Origin: Nitrosopumilaceae archaeon
GTDB lineage: Archaea; Thermoproteota; Nitrososphaeria; Nitrososphaerales; Nitrosopumilaceae
Length of the DNA stretch: 64,000 bases
Reading direction: 5' to 3'
Assembly (NCBI GenBank): GCA_965203465.1
Contig: CBDBCR010000003.1
Location: forward strand, 64,001-128,000
In this document: one piece after another, positions 39,181 to 49,014 of the stretch
How positions within the stretch are numbered: position 1 is the first letter of the stretch
How the letters are laid out: every line of letters begins with the position of its first letter
Notes under the pieces: generated by a model
Databases searched by the model: none
Seen by the model: the letters and a program-made list of their open reading frames with translations, nothing else
What the model was told of the DNA's origin: nothing
Program-made: the position numbers and the translations under genes

Positions 39181-40335
39181 ATGGGCGTGGAGATCATTGT
39201 AGGGGCGCCGGTGACCGGCGAAAACCTTCACGGAAGGGAGGACGAACTCGACGAGTTGTGGTCCAGAATCAAAATCAACAGCATTCTGCTCTCTTCGCCG
39301 CGCAGGTTTGGCAAGACCAGCCTAGTCAAGGAAATGGAGCGCGCGCCGCGCGACGGATTCGAAGTCGTGTATTTGGACGTAGAGGGCATCGACAGCGTAC
39401 AGGAGTTTGTGTCGCGTCTTGCAGAAGCCCTGCCAAAGCCAGCCCAGCGGACACTGCTACGCAGGTTTGCAAAAAAATTGAGGGAGAACGTGGAAGAGAT
39501 CGAACTGTCTCATCTACGAATGAAACTAAGAGAGAGCACAAAAGAGGACTGCATGAGGGACGGGGAAGATCTGTTCGACATGCTCCAAGACGCGGAAAAA
39601 CTCCACATAATCGTGGTCGACGAGCTTCCCAGCTTTCTGTTAAATTTGGAATCTGCCGGTGTCCAGAGCCAATCCATAGGGATGGTTCTCAGGTGGTTGC
39701 GGCAAATGCGACAGGCACACGATGCAAGGTTCGTAGTGTGTGGTTCGATCGGGATAGACAACATACTGCGGCGTCACGGGTTGTTTAACACGGTCAACGA
39801 TCTAGAGAGGATAACCGTATCGCCGTTTGGACACGACACTGCTTCGCGCATGATAGAACGCCTGCTTGACAAAGCGGACATCGAATACGAGCCGAATCAC
39901 ACACAAAAGATTCTTGGCAAAATCGGAGTGCCGTCGCCCCCCTATTTCCTTCAGATAATGTTACGCGAGATCATCAAAATGACAGGCGCAAAAAAAAGAC
40001 TGTCGGAAGATGTCATAGACAAATCGTATCAGAGAGTCCTAGGCGACGCCGGAAAGGGGTATTTTGAATGGTATTACGACCGGCTCAAAACCGAATTCCC
40101 TCCGGATCTGTTACACGCCGTAGTGAGCATGCTGGATTACTTGGCCGAGCGCGAGTCAAGCACAAAATCCGATCTGAGCGGCGTGTTCTTTGACGCGCTG
40201 AAAAAGAAAGACAGCGAGATCTTTCTGGACGCGGTGAGGGCCCTGGAGAGCGGGTTTTACATAGCAAAAGACAACGGCTATTCGTTCCGCGTCAAAGTTC
40301 TGCGCGACTGGTGGGCAGAGAGGCGCGCCAGTTGA
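39181..40335 (+). CDS. Archaeal-ATPase/STAND-like P-loop NTPase with C-terminal winged helix (384 aa)
   Basis: GREDEL, Walker A SPRRFGKTS, Walker B IIVVDE, CGS, PPYFLQ, C-terminal LRDWW. Confidence 0.88.
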   Translation: MGVEIIVGAPVTGENLHGREDELDELWSRIKINSILLSSPRRFGKTSLVKEMERAPRDGFEVVYLDVEGIDSVQEFVSRLAEALPKPAQRTLLRRFAKKLRENVEEIELSHLRMKLRESTKEDCMRDGEDLFDMLQDAEKLHIIVVDELPSFLLNLESAGVQSQSIGMVLRWLRQMRQAHDARFVVCGSIGIDNILRRHGLFNTVNDLERITVSPFGHDTASRMIERLLDKADIEYEPNHTQKILGKIGVPSPPYFLQIMLREIIKMTGAKKRLSEDVIDKSYQRVLGDAGKGYFEWYYDRLKTEFPPDLLHAVVSMLDYLAERESSTKSDLSGVFFDALKKKDSEIFLDAVRALESGFYIAKDNGYSFRVKVLRDWWAERRAS

Positions 40336-42530
40336 CGTCCTTGCTAAAGTTCACCCCGGAGGCGATGCCCGGCGCCGAGATCGAAGCTCTGCACGCGGGG
40401 CGCGCAGGCATTATCGACTCCGCGGTGGAAAGGATCCAGAGCCTCATCGCGTCGGGCGGCACCATGCACGTGATGCTCGTCGGCCGGCGCGGCTCCGGCA
40501 AGACACACACGCTGCAGATGATAAGGCACGGGCTAGGCGACAGGATCGTCCCGGCGGTCCTCGCGCAGGAAGAGTATTCGGTCTACACCGTCGACGGGTT
40601 TTTCGCCCGCGTGCTGGAATCCATAGGCGAGGGGTACGACGGGCCCGAAGTGACGTACCGCGCAAGGGACGTGCTGAAGAGGCTGCGGCAAGGGGGCAGG
40701 CCGGTGGTGGTGTTTGCCGAAAACCTCCAGGCGCTGTTCGCGCAGATGGAGCCGGATCTGGGCGAGCTTCGCGCCGTGATGCAGGAAGACGAAAGTTTCT
40801 TCATAGCCGGATCCGCGCTGGCGCCGTTTGTCCAGGTCACCTCGATGTCGGCGCCGTTTTACAATTTTTTCGAGATCAACAGGCTCGACGGGCTCGACCC
40901 GGCCGAGATCGGGGAGCTTGTCGGGAGGCGCTCGGGCCCCGACGTGACGGCGCCCGTCGGCGGGCTCAGCCCGGAGGGGCTGCGCGCCCTGACCGGCGGC
41001 AACCCGAGGCTCGTCCACGCGCTCTGCGACGAGGCGGACAGGAACCCGGGCGCGGATCTGGAGGACTGCATGGCCGCGATGCTGGACGGGATGACGCCCG
41101 AGTACCGGAGCGTGGCCGAGGCGATGCCGGCCGAGGTGCGCAAGATCTTCGACGCGATGGCCCTCGCCGACGGGCCGCTCACGCCCACCGAGATCGCCCT
41201 CAAGATGGGCACGAAGAACACCATAACGGCCGCCCAGATAAACAGGATGAAGAACGGCGGGCTCGTAGAGCCGGTGAAGTTCGGGAGAAAGAAAGAGACG
41301 CGGTACCAGATAACCGAGTGGATGTACCCCATGTGGAGGGAGTTCAGGCGCGGCGGAAGATCGGCGAGACTCCGGGCGTTCGCCGACTTGCTCAAGGCGC
41401 TGCATTCCGAAGAAAGGGGCGGGCCGGCAGACCCCATGCTGGCCATGGCGCGCGCCTCCGGAGTTCTCGCGGCCGAAAAGCACGGCGCGCCGGACTGGGG
41501 GCCGCGGCTGCCGGCCGAAGGCTGGAAAAAGATCGCAAGGCGGCAAAAGAGCGGGGCGCTGCGGCTGTGCGCCGAGATCGCGGCGGCCGACGCCAAGCTG
41601 CGCGCCTGCGGCCGGGACGGGCGCGAGTTTGCAGACTATGCGCTACGCGACAAGGCGAGGCATCTCGAAGGGGCCGTCGCCGCCGCGCGCATCCCCCGCA
41701 CCAAAGAGGCGCATTCGCTGCTTGGCCTGGCCGCCCGCACGGCTTCCGAACTCGGCATGTGGCAGGCGGCCGAAAAAGCCGTCGGCGCGGCGCGCGCGTG
41801 CGCCAAGGCGCACTGCCACGGATGCGCCGTCCTGGGCGCGCTGGCCAGCGCGCAGACGGGCAGGTACGAAAGGGCCGCAGCCGCCCTCGGCTCGGCGCTG
41901 CGCGGCCCCGCGAGGGGGGCCCGCGGGGAATCCGAGCTCTTTGCGTACAAGATCCACATGCACGCCAGGATGGGGGAGCGCGTGGACGTGGGGGCCGACT
42001 CCGCGCGCATGCTCGAGCGCGGCGCGGCGAGCCTGCCCGACGCCATGTTCGCCCATTTCGAGATGGCAAGGTACGACGAGGCGCTGGAGATCATGCGGCA
42101 GCACGCCCCCCGCCTGGGGCGGCTTGCGCCGGGCGAGCGCAGGGCCGCAGCCGCCGGCGCCCTGACCAAGACGGCCATCCACGTCATGCGCAGGCGCCCC
42201 GACGAGTACGAGGCCAAGGCCATGTCGGCGTGCCTCGGGACGCTAGAGCCGTTCGTCTGGCCTGGCGCGTTCGGGCCCGCCGCGGCGATCCTGGCCGGCT
42301 GCGGCATCGATCCGATGCGCGCCGCCGCGAGCGTGTTTTCCGGCGCGTTCGGGGACGGGCGGATGGGCGCCTTCGAGGTGATAAGATGCGCCGCCCGATA
42401 CGCGGACACGCAGGACGCCTCCCTGTTCGAGAGGCTCGGCCAGGAGCAGAGGATCCTGGCGTTTTCCGTGGTGCGCAAGATCGCCCCCTCTGCGGAGATT
42501 CCCCGGCACGTGCTCGATTCGGCCCCGTGA
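40332..42530 (+). CDS. STAND-like NTPase + winged-HTH + TPR-like helical C-terminus (732 aa)
   Basis: TTG start overlaps the upstream TGA (TTGA); Walker A GRRGSGKT; atypical Walker B VVFAEN; PFYNFF; TGGNPR; wHTH LTPTEIA...QINRMKNGGLV; TPR-like TGRYERAAAAL and MARYDEALEI. Confidence 0.85.
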   Translation: MTSLLKFTPEAMPGAEIEALHAGRAGIIDSAVERIQSLIASGGTMHVMLVGRRGSGKTHTLQMIRHGLGDRIVPAVLAQEEYSVYTVDGFFARVLESIGEGYDGPEVTYRARDVLKRLRQGGRPVVVFAENLQALFAQMEPDLGELRAVMQEDESFFIAGSALAPFVQVTSMSAPFYNFFEINRLDGLDPAEIGELVGRRSGPDVTAPVGGLSPEGLRALTGGNPRLVHALCDEADRNPGADLEDCMAAMLDGMTPEYRSVAEAMPAEVRKIFDAMALADGPLTPTEIALKMGTKNTITAAQINRMKNGGLVEPVKFGRKKETRYQITEWMYPMWREFRRGGRSARLRAFADLLKALHSEERGGPADPMLAMARASGVLAAEKHGAPDWGPRLPAEGWKKIARRQKSGALRLCAEIAAADAKLRACGRDGREFADYALRDKARHLEGAVAAARIPRTKEAHSLLGLAARTASELGMWQAAEKAVGAARACAKAHCHGCAVLGALASAQTGRYERAAAALGSALRGPARGARGESELFAYKIHMHARMGERVDVGADSARMLERGAASLPDAMFAHFEMARYDEALEIMRQHAPRLGRLAPGERRAAAAGALTKTAIHVMRRRPDEYEAKAMSACLGTLEPFVWPGAFGPAAAILAGCGIDPMRAAASVFSGAFGDGRMGAFEVIRCAARYADTQDASLFERLGQEQRILAFSVVRKIAPSAEIPRHVLDSAP

Positions 42531-42640
42531 CGGCCGGCTCAACACCCGTTTGGTTCGGGCCCGCGCGCGGGCCCGCGGGCGTACGCCCGTAAAGATCCGG
42601 CAGGATCCGGGTTAAATGCCGCCGGCCCCACAGTGGCGCC

Positions 42641-43003
42641 ATGGCGATGCAGGCCCTGCAGGGCATGGACGGCGAGAGGGCCGAAAGGGCGCTCCGGATG
42701 CTCTACTCTTCCAGGAAGAACGAGTTCAAGGACCTGGCAGAGACGGTCATGCACGTCGATCCGGTCGCGAGCAGGATAGCCGGCTGGGAAAAGTTCGTGC
42801 TCAACTTTTGCATGGACGTCAGTTCCCAGTTTGGCGCCTGGAGCGGGAGGGGCGCGCTGGTCCAAAACTCTGACCTAAAGGCTCTCACGCTGCTGCGGCA
42901 GCTGGCCGGCGGCAAGACGTCGATGAACAGCATGACGCGCCAGCTCAACACGGCCTACGACCTGGCCGAAGAGTTCAAGGTCATATACAGCAGGATAGAC
43001 TAG
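42641..43003 (+). CDS. Conserved hypothetical protein (120 aa)
   Basis: Coding-like composition; GTTAAA upstream at ~42611. Confidence 0.7.
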   Translation: MAMQALQGMDGERAERALRMLYSSRKNEFKDLAETVMHVDPVASRIAGWEKFVLNFCMDVSSQFGAWSGRGALVQNSDLKALTLLRQLAGGKTSMNSMTRQLNTAYDLAEEFKVIYSRID

Positions 43004-44835
43004 CTGCCCGACAGGTAGTACCCCGAGCCGAATATGTAGCCGCCGCTCATCGACAGCCACGACCTTTTGAGCTGCTCTGTGTCGGTCGCCGGGTTCATGA
43101 ACGTGTACTCGGCCCAGGCGCCGCCGTCCCTCACGTCCTGCAGGATCTGCGCGTAGGGCCTGTCCGCCTGCATCAAGGGGGTCGAGACGGCGCCGACCCT
43201 GTCGGGGTACGCGCCGTGCGCGAGCACCATCGGCTCGTCGCTGCCGTCCAGCACGAAGACGTACGGCTTTGACGGATCGTACCCTTCGGCCGACGCGGTT
43301 ATCGAATCCAGGGCCGAATCGCCGTGCGCCTGGAACAGGGCTATCGCCTCGGAGACGGCGCGCTTTACGGCCTGCGACTCGCTTTCCGTATAGTAGCCGG
43401 ATCCGAATATGTAGCCATCGCGCATGACCATCCACGACTTTTTGGACTGCTCCAGGCCGGTGGCCGGGTTCTCAAAGACGTACTCTGCCCAGGCGCCCTC
43501 GCCGCCGCGCAGCTCGTCGAGTATCTGGGACCACGGCCTGTCGGCCTCGAGCAGCGGCCCGGCCTCGGTGCCTACCCTGTCGGGGAACGCGCCGTGCGCC
43601 AGTATCGTCGGGCGGTCGTCGAGCACGAAGACGTACGGCGCCGAGGCGTCGTAGTCGCGGGCAGAGGCCGTGATGGCCGCGAGTGCCGCCTCTCCGGACT
43701 CGTCGTACATGGCCAGGGCCTCCGAGACCGCGTCCGTGGCGGCCGCCTCCCATCCGGCCGAGCCCACATAGTATCCGGAGCCGAAGACGTAATCGCCGCG
43801 CAGCACCATCCACGACTTTTTGGACTGCTCGCTGCCCGTGGCCGGGTTGGGAAAGACGTACTCTACCCAGGTGCTGCCCTCGGAGTTGAGATCCTCCATG
43901 ATTTCAGAGTAGGGGCGCTCGGCCGTAGTCAGGCTCCTGGACACGGCCCCGACCCTCTCGGGCAGAGCGCCGTGCGCCGCCACCACGGGCGGCTCTAGCA
44001 GCTCGAGCACGAATACGTACGGCTCTGAAGAATCGTAATTTTCGGCCGAAGCCGTGATTGCGTCGAGGGCCGCATCTCCGGACTCGTCGTACATGGCGAG
44101 CGCCTCCGAGACTGCAGACTTTACGGCCTGCGCGCCAGTCTCCGCATAGTATCCCGAGCCGAAGACGTAATCGGCCCTCATGACCAGCCACGACTTTTTG
44201 GACTGCTCGCTGCCCGTGGCCGGGTTCTCGAACGTGTATTCCACCCACGCGCCCTCCGACGAGCTTATCTCCTCCAGTATCTGCGCGTACGGCCTGTCCG
44301 CCTGCAGCAGCGGCGTGGCCTCGGTGCCTACCCTCTCTGGCAGAGCGCCGTGGGCCAGGACCGTCGGGTTGGTGCCGCTGTCCAGCACAAAGACGTACGG
44401 CTCTGAAGAATCGTAATTTTTGGCCGAAGCCGTGATTGCGTCGAGGGCCGCATCTCCGGACTCGTCGTACATGGCGAGCGCCTCCGAGACTGCAGACTTT
44501 ACGGCCTCGGCACCAAAGCCCGGAGCGTCCTTTGCGTAATCTTTTGTCCGCTCGGCATCGCGCGGGTACGCCGCCGTCTCGGCAGGCGCCATCATCCCTG
44601 CCGGCGCCTCTACGGCCCAGCCCCTCTCGATCAGCGCCTTGCCGGTCCCGTCGCTTACGCACGCAGGCGCCATGTCGGCGGCCTTTAGGACCAAGACCAT
44701 GCCCTCTTGGCACCGTATCGGGGCGTCGGGATCCGCGGCGTACTGGGCGAGCGGCGACATCGGGCCGGCCGCGGCCTCGCCGCCGTACGCGGCGCCCGCC
44801 GCCAAGACTGCAAGTACAGCAAGCCGAGCCAGCAT
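43000..44835 (-). CDS. Secreted protein with four tandem single-Cache domains
   Basis: Signal peptide; thaumarchaeal SPLAQ...C.EG.VLV.K.....ACV...LIERGW motif; 4x (AV..A.A.YD..G..A...I...YVFVL...AHGA.P...W.EY.F.NPATG.EQ.K.SW......FGSGYY); TTATATAA at 44857. Confidence 0.88.
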   Translation of the reverse strand: MLARLAVLAVLAAGAAYGGEAAAGPMSPLAQYAADPDAPIRCQEGMVLVLKAADMAPACVSDGTGKALIERGWAVEAPAGMMAPAETAAYPRDAERTKDYAKDAPGFGAEAVKSAVSEALAMYDESGDAALDAITASAKNYDSSEPYVFVLDSGTNPTVLAHGALPERVGTEATPLLQADRPYAQILEEISSSEGAWVEYTFENPATGSEQSKKSWLVMRADYVFGSGYYAETGAQAVKSAVSEALAMYDESGDAALDAITASAENYDSSEPYVFVLELLEPPVVAAHGALPERVGAVSRSLTTAERPYSEIMEDLNSEGSTWVEYVFPNPATGSEQSKKSWMVLRGDYVFGSGYYVGSAGWEAAATDAVSEALAMYDESGEAALAAITASARDYDASAPYVFVLDDRPTILAHGAFPDRVGTEAGPLLEADRPWSQILDELRGGEGAWAEYVFENPATGLEQSKKSWMVMRDGYIFGSGYYTESESQAVKRAVSEAIALFQAHGDSALDSITASAEGYDPSKPYVFVLDGSDEPMVLAHGAYPDRVGAVSTPLMQADRPYAQILQDVRDGGAWAEYTFMNPATDTEQLKRSWLSMSGGYIFGSGYYLSGS

Positions 44836-44955
44836 GGGGGCGCCCCCAGGCCCGATTATATAACTCTAGTTTTGGCACTAGCGCGCCGGATCCCGGGCGC
44901 CCGGCGGACTAGGCAGGGCGAACCAATATAGTCGCGCGCCGGCTCTGCTGCCCGG

Positions 44956-45603
44956 TTGCAGAACTGGATCTTTGACCTGCGCTCGCGCCCGTTCGTGCTG
45001 CTGATCGCCGCCGCGGTCGTCTGGACCGCCCTGGTGTATTACGGGGCCACCGATGGCATCGACGGGCAGGCGTACGCGTTCGCGTCGGCCTCGGCCGGCT
45101 CGGCGACGGCCATGGCGTACGTGACCGAGGCCGGCGACGCGGTCAACCTGCTGGTGCTCGCAGCGGCGCTCTTTGTGTGGCGCAGGACGCGGCGCGTCGG
45201 CATATCGCTGATGATAGCTTTGGTGGTGGTGACGCTGGCCACGGGGTACGTCAAATGCGGGGTGGACAGGGACAGGCCCGAGGCCCCCCACGAGCCGGAG
45301 ATAGGCATCCCCGTGAGCCAGGACACGTTCGCGCTCTTTTGCGAGGGCGGGCCGCGCGCCTCGTACCCGTCGGGGCACGCCGCGCGCGCGGCCGCGTTCG
45401 CCGTGATACTGGGGTTCGCGCTTTCGTCTAGGTTCCCGCTCGGCTCGTACCTGATACTGGCGTACCCTCTGGCGGTCGGGGTGAGCCGCGTGGCCCTGCT
45501 GGAGCACTATCCGTCCGACGTGGCAGGCGGCCTGATCATAGGCGTGGCCGTGGCCGGCGCGCTCGCAAGAAAGACGAAACTGGACGCTATCGCTCGGCCC
45601 TGA
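44956..45603 (+). CDS. PAP2-family membrane phosphatase
   Basis: KCGVDRDRP, SYPSGH and SRVALLEHYPSDVAGG motifs. Confidence 0.9.
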   Translation: MQNWIFDLRSRPFVLLIAAAVVWTALVYYGATDGIDGQAYAFASASAGSATAMAYVTEAGDAVNLLVLAAALFVWRRTRRVGISLMIALVVVTLATGYVKCGVDRDRPEAPHEPEIGIPVSQDTFALFCEGGPRASYPSGHAARAAAFAVILGFALSSRFPLGSYLILAYPLAVGVSRVALLEHYPSDVAGGLIIGVAVAGALARKTKLDAIARP

Positions 45604-45880
45604 CCATCACGATGGCGTACCGCTCGTCGTCGTGGTGGTACGTCCAGTACCTTATGCTGCGGCGGGCCCCGGCCTTGCGCAGCCCGTAATTCACCGACGT
45701 GGTCAGCGTGTACCCTATCCTGCGCGCCGCTTTCTTGTCGGCCTTTGGGAATATCACCCGGAACCCGCGGCCGCCGAAGCCGAGCCGGACGATCTCGTCT
45801 GCCGCCTCCGAGGCGCCGGCCTCGTCCGAGACCCGGAACTCCCGCGAGACTGGGATCTTTGACGGGTGCTCTTCTGCCAT
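45587..45880 (-). CDS. Conserved hypothetical protein (97 aa)
   Basis: Coding-like ORF with TATA-like tatatc upstream at ~45906. Confidence 0.65.
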   Translation of the reverse strand: MAEEHPSKIPVSREFRVSDEAGASEAADEIVRLGFGGRGFRVIFPKADKKAARRIGYTLTTSVNYGLRKAGARRSIRYWTYHHDDERYAIVMVRAER

Positions 45881-46270
45881 GCGGGCCCCGCCCCGCGGCC
45901 GGCCTATATCTGAATCGGCTGATCGCGATCCGCGGGCCGCCGAAAGCCAAGCCCCCTAGGCGCGCGGAAAGCTGCCGGCAGACGGGATACTGGGAAAACG
46001 GCGGCTCCGGCCCCGGATTCCGGGCGCGGGCCGCTCTTCGAGATCGTGCTGGACGGCGGCGCGCTCCGGCCCGTGGAGCCGCCCGAGCCGTCCCCAGCCA
46101 TGCACCGGTCGGGCGCCCGGATCGGCCCGAAAATGCCGCCGCGGCCGGCGCCTGCCGAGCCGGCGCGTGGCGGCGGGCCGGTACAGGCGAGCCCCGCGCC
46201 CTCCCAGAATCGGAAGCGGCGGATCCGGCCGCTCAGATAACCTTAACAAGCTCGCGGATCACTGTAAGGC

Positions 46271-46939
46271 GTGGCGAAAAAAGCGTCGGTCAGATCGCTG
46301 AGGGCCGCCCAAAAGAGGGCCGCCGGGGATCACCGCCGCGCGATGTCCGCGCTCGCCTCGGCCGATCGCCGCATCGCGCAGGGGAGGGAAAAGATCGGCG
46401 AGGCCGACGGCCGCCTGTACCACGCGCGCGCCCGCATCGAGAGCGTCGAGAGGCTGATCGCCCGCGCCAAGGAAAAGATGGCGCGCGCGAAAAAGGACGC
46501 GCGCGGGGGCGAGGCCGAGGAGATCGGCGGCGAGATGAGGATGCGCAGAAAGATGCTCAGAAAGATGGGCCGCGAAATGGCCCTCTTGGAGGACGAGCGC
46601 TCGCGCGCCGCAAAGTCGATCAAAAATGCGAGATCGGCCAGGCCGTCCAAGAAAGAGGCGGCAAAGAGCGCCGCGGCCGCGGCGGAAAAGGCGTCCCGCC
46701 TCTTGGAGCGCGCCGAGGCCGCCGCCCGGAAGGCGGCCCGCAAAAAGCCGGCGGCTACCAGAAAGCCGGCGCGCAAAAAGTCCACAAAGTCCGTCCGCGG
46801 TAAGGCCGCCGCGCGCAAGGCGGCGCCCGGGAAACCGGCGCGCAAAAAGTCCGTCCGCGGCAAGGCGGGCCGCGCGGGGGCGAAAGCGCGCGCGGGGGCG
46901 CGCGGGAAGACTGCAAAAAAGCGCCGTGTTGCGGCCTAG
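46271..46939 (+). CDS. Lys/Ala/Arg-rich basic protein (coiled coil plus histone-H1-like tail)
   Basis: Tail with repeated KPARKKS(T/V)/KAAARK; CCTTAAC about 25 nt upstream. Confidence 0.6.
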   Translation: MAKKASVRSLRAAQKRAAGDHRRAMSALASADRRIAQGREKIGEADGRLYHARARIESVERLIARAKEKMARAKKDARGGEAEEIGGEMRMRRKMLRKMGREMALLEDERSRAAKSIKNARSARPSKKEAAKSAAAAAEKASRLLERAEAAARKAARKKPAATRKPARKKSTKSVRGKAAARKAAPGKPARKKSVRGKAGRAGAKARAGARGKTAKKRRVAA

Positions 46940-47238
46940 GATTCTTTTGTCAGGTTTTCCATCTTGCCGTACTTGCCCTTGCTCAGCTGCACCTCTCCCT
47001 TGAAGGTGTTGGTGTAGCCGTTGGTGATCTTTACCCTGTCGTTCTCGGAGTAGTTGTTGGCGTCCTCGGCCCACAGCGTGAGTTTTATCTCGCCGCTGTC
47101 GTCCTTTAGGTACGCGTCGCACACGTCGATGGTGCCGCCTGACTTTGTGTTCACGTTGCGGACCTCGCCTTTCTTGGTGATGTTCCCCTCGACGTCGATC
47201 CCGCTGCGCATGTTCTTGGCGTCTGCTATGCTGACCAT
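46936..47238 (-). CDS. ssb: Single-OB-fold single-stranded DNA-binding protein
   Basis: VRNVNTKSGG...LKDDSGEIKLTLW...VKITNGYTNTFKGEVQL..GKYG; ttataa at 47262. Confidence 0.88.
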   Translation of the reverse strand: MVSIADAKNMRSGIDVEGNITKKGEVRNVNTKSGGTIDVCDAYLKDDSGEIKLTLWAEDANNYSENDRVKITNGYTNTFKGEVQLSKGKYGKMENLTKES

Positions 47239-47303
47239 GCGCACGGCCCCCGTTCCGGTGATTATAAACCTATTCTGGAGGGCCGGAGATCCGCGGCGGG
47301 CGC

Positions 47304-47648
47304 CTAGACGGGCAGGCGCACCTTGCCCCTGTACTCGGCCACGCCGTCGCCGGCCAGCTTTTCCTGCAGCAGGGCCCGGCCGGACGGCTCTATCCCCTGC
47401 GCTATGCTCTTGGAGTAGCCCTGCGAATCGACCAGCGCCAGTATGTGGCCGCTGGTGTCGGTCAGCACGAAACCGGACGACTCGTCTACGAACGCAAAGA
47501 GCGTCTCTTCGCCGACCGGCTCGAGCGGTTCCGAGCCGGTGCGCAGGGCAAGGGCCGGCATGGCCTTGTCGCCGACCAGCGTCGCCAGGTACTGCCTCGC
47601 CGAGGCCACCCTCTTCTGCCCCGCCCTCAGCGCCGCAAAGTACTGCAC
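47304..47648 (-). CDS. Conserved hypothetical protein
   Basis: Coding-like; start may extend to ~47672. Confidence 0.65.
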   Translation of the reverse strand: MQYFAALRAGQKRVASARQYLATLVGDKAMPALALRTGSEPLEPVGEETLFAFVDESSGFVLTDTSGHILALVDSQGYSKSIAQGIEPSGRALLQEKLAGDGVAEYRGKVRLPV

Positions 47649-47678
47649 GGCCGCCGCGTCCGCGGTCCCAATAAAACC

Positions 47679-47900
47679 CTAGGCCCCAAGCTCGTCGAGG
47701 ATCTTTTTGATGTCGCCGGCGTTGGAGGCGCGCTCGGCCTCTATTTCCCGCATGCGGACGGGGTCGCGCCGGCCGGTGGCAAGCTGGAGGTACTCGGCGT
47801 CAAGGTCGCTGTTGGCCTGCATCTTTTTTACCACCTCGAGCAGCAGCCCTATGACCTGCGCCCGGGCTTCGGCCAGCTCGCGATCGTCCACGCGCGGCAA
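47679..47900 (-). CDS. Small hypothetical coiled-coil protein
   Basis: Coding-like helical sequence between the HD gene and the next gene. Confidence 0.6.
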   Translation of the reverse strand: MPRVDDRELAEARAQVIGLLLEVVKKMQANSDLDAEYLQLATGRRDPVRMREIEAERASNAGDIKKILDELGA

Positions 47901-48411
47901 GCTCGGCCTCGGCTAATATCTCTTGCAGGGCGGGATCGCGCACGGCGGAGCGCGCCGACTCCAGAAACGGCCCCACGTCCAGGCCCGGGCGCGCGTACTC
48001 CGAGGCCTGGACCGCCATGTCCAGCTTGTCGGCCTCGCGCACAAGCTCCGCTTCCCTGCACGTGCGGCGCGCGTACCCGTCCCAGGCCTCGGCGCACAGG
48101 CGGGCCGCGCGCGGGGGCAGGTGCGCCAGTATCTTTTCGACGGCGGCGCCCTCCGCCCGGCGCTTTTGGCCGGCCGGCACCGAGCCGGGCACCAGGTCGC
48201 CGGTCTCGGATTCGGCCAGGTCGTGCAGCAGCGCCATGCGCAGCGCCAGGGCCGTGTCGAGGCCCTCCTCGTCGGAGCGCGCCATGACGAGCATGGCCGT
48301 GGCGTACGAGTGATCGGCCACCGACTCTGGGCTCTCCATGCCGAGCTTTTCGACCCAGCCGGCGCGGCGCACGCCCTTGAGCCTGGCCGCTGCCAGCGCA
48401 AAGCCGAACAC
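47800..48411 (-). CDS. HD-domain phosphohydrolase (HDDC2/YfbR-like 5'-deoxynucleotidase)
   Basis: RLKGVRRAGW, ESVADHSY, LLHDLAESETGD, EADKLDM; the tail overlaps the next ORF by ~100 nt. Confidence 0.88.
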   Translation of the reverse strand: MFGFALAAARLKGVRRAGWVEKLGMESPESVADHSYATAMLVMARSDEEGLDTALALRMALLHDLAESETGDLVPGSVPAGQKRRAEGAAVEKILAHLPPRAARLCAEAWDGYARRTCREAELVREADKLDMAVQASEYARPGLDVGPFLESARSAVRDPALQEILAEAELAARGRSRAGRSPGAGHRAAARGGKKDAGQQRP

Positions 48412-48468
48412 GGCAAGGCGCCCCCGCCCCAGCTATAACTATTATGCGGGCAAGGCGGGGGCGCGCCC

Positions 48469-48993
48469 GTGCCCATATACACCAGGACCGGCGACGACGG
48501 GACGACGGGCCTGCGCGGCGGCTCCCGCGCCTCAAAGGCCGATCCGCGCGTGGCCGCGTACGGCGCCGTAGACGAGGCCAACGCGCAGGTGGGCCTCGCG
48601 AGGGCCGCCTCGGGCGGCCGCGCCTCGCAGGTGCTGCTGCGCGTGCAGGACGGCCTGTTCAGGGTGGGCGCGGACCTGTCCGATCCGTCGTGCTCCGAGC
48701 CGATGGTAAAAGAGGGCATGGCAGAAGAGCTGGAAGAGGCCATAGACGGCTACGAATCCGGCCTGCCGCCGCTCTCCAAGTTCGTGCTGCCCGGCGGCAC
48801 CGAGCTTGCCGCCAGGCTGCACGCGGCGAGGGCTTCTGTGCGCAGGGCCGAATCCGCGTCGACCGGCATCGGCGCGCCGCCGGCCTGCATAATGTACCTC
48901 AACAGGCTCTCTGACCTGCTCTTCGTCATGGCTCGCGATGCCAACCGGGAGCGCGGCGACGTCGAATGGGGCGGGCGCACGGTTTTTACCTAG
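48469..48993 (+). CDS. pduO: PduO-type cob(I)alamin adenosyltransferase
   Basis: IYTRTGDDGTTGL, AYGAVDEAN, FVLPGG, RRAE, YLNRLSDLLF. Confidence 0.93.
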   Translation: MPIYTRTGDDGTTGLRGGSRASKADPRVAAYGAVDEANAQVGLARAASGGRASQVLLRVQDGLFRVGADLSDPSCSEPMVKEGMAEELEEAIDGYESGLPPLSKFVLPGGTELAARLHAARASVRRAESASTGIGAPPACIMYLNRLSDLLFVMARDANRERGDVEWGGRTVFT

Positions 48994-49014
48994 GATCCGG
49001 GGGTCGGCCGGCGT

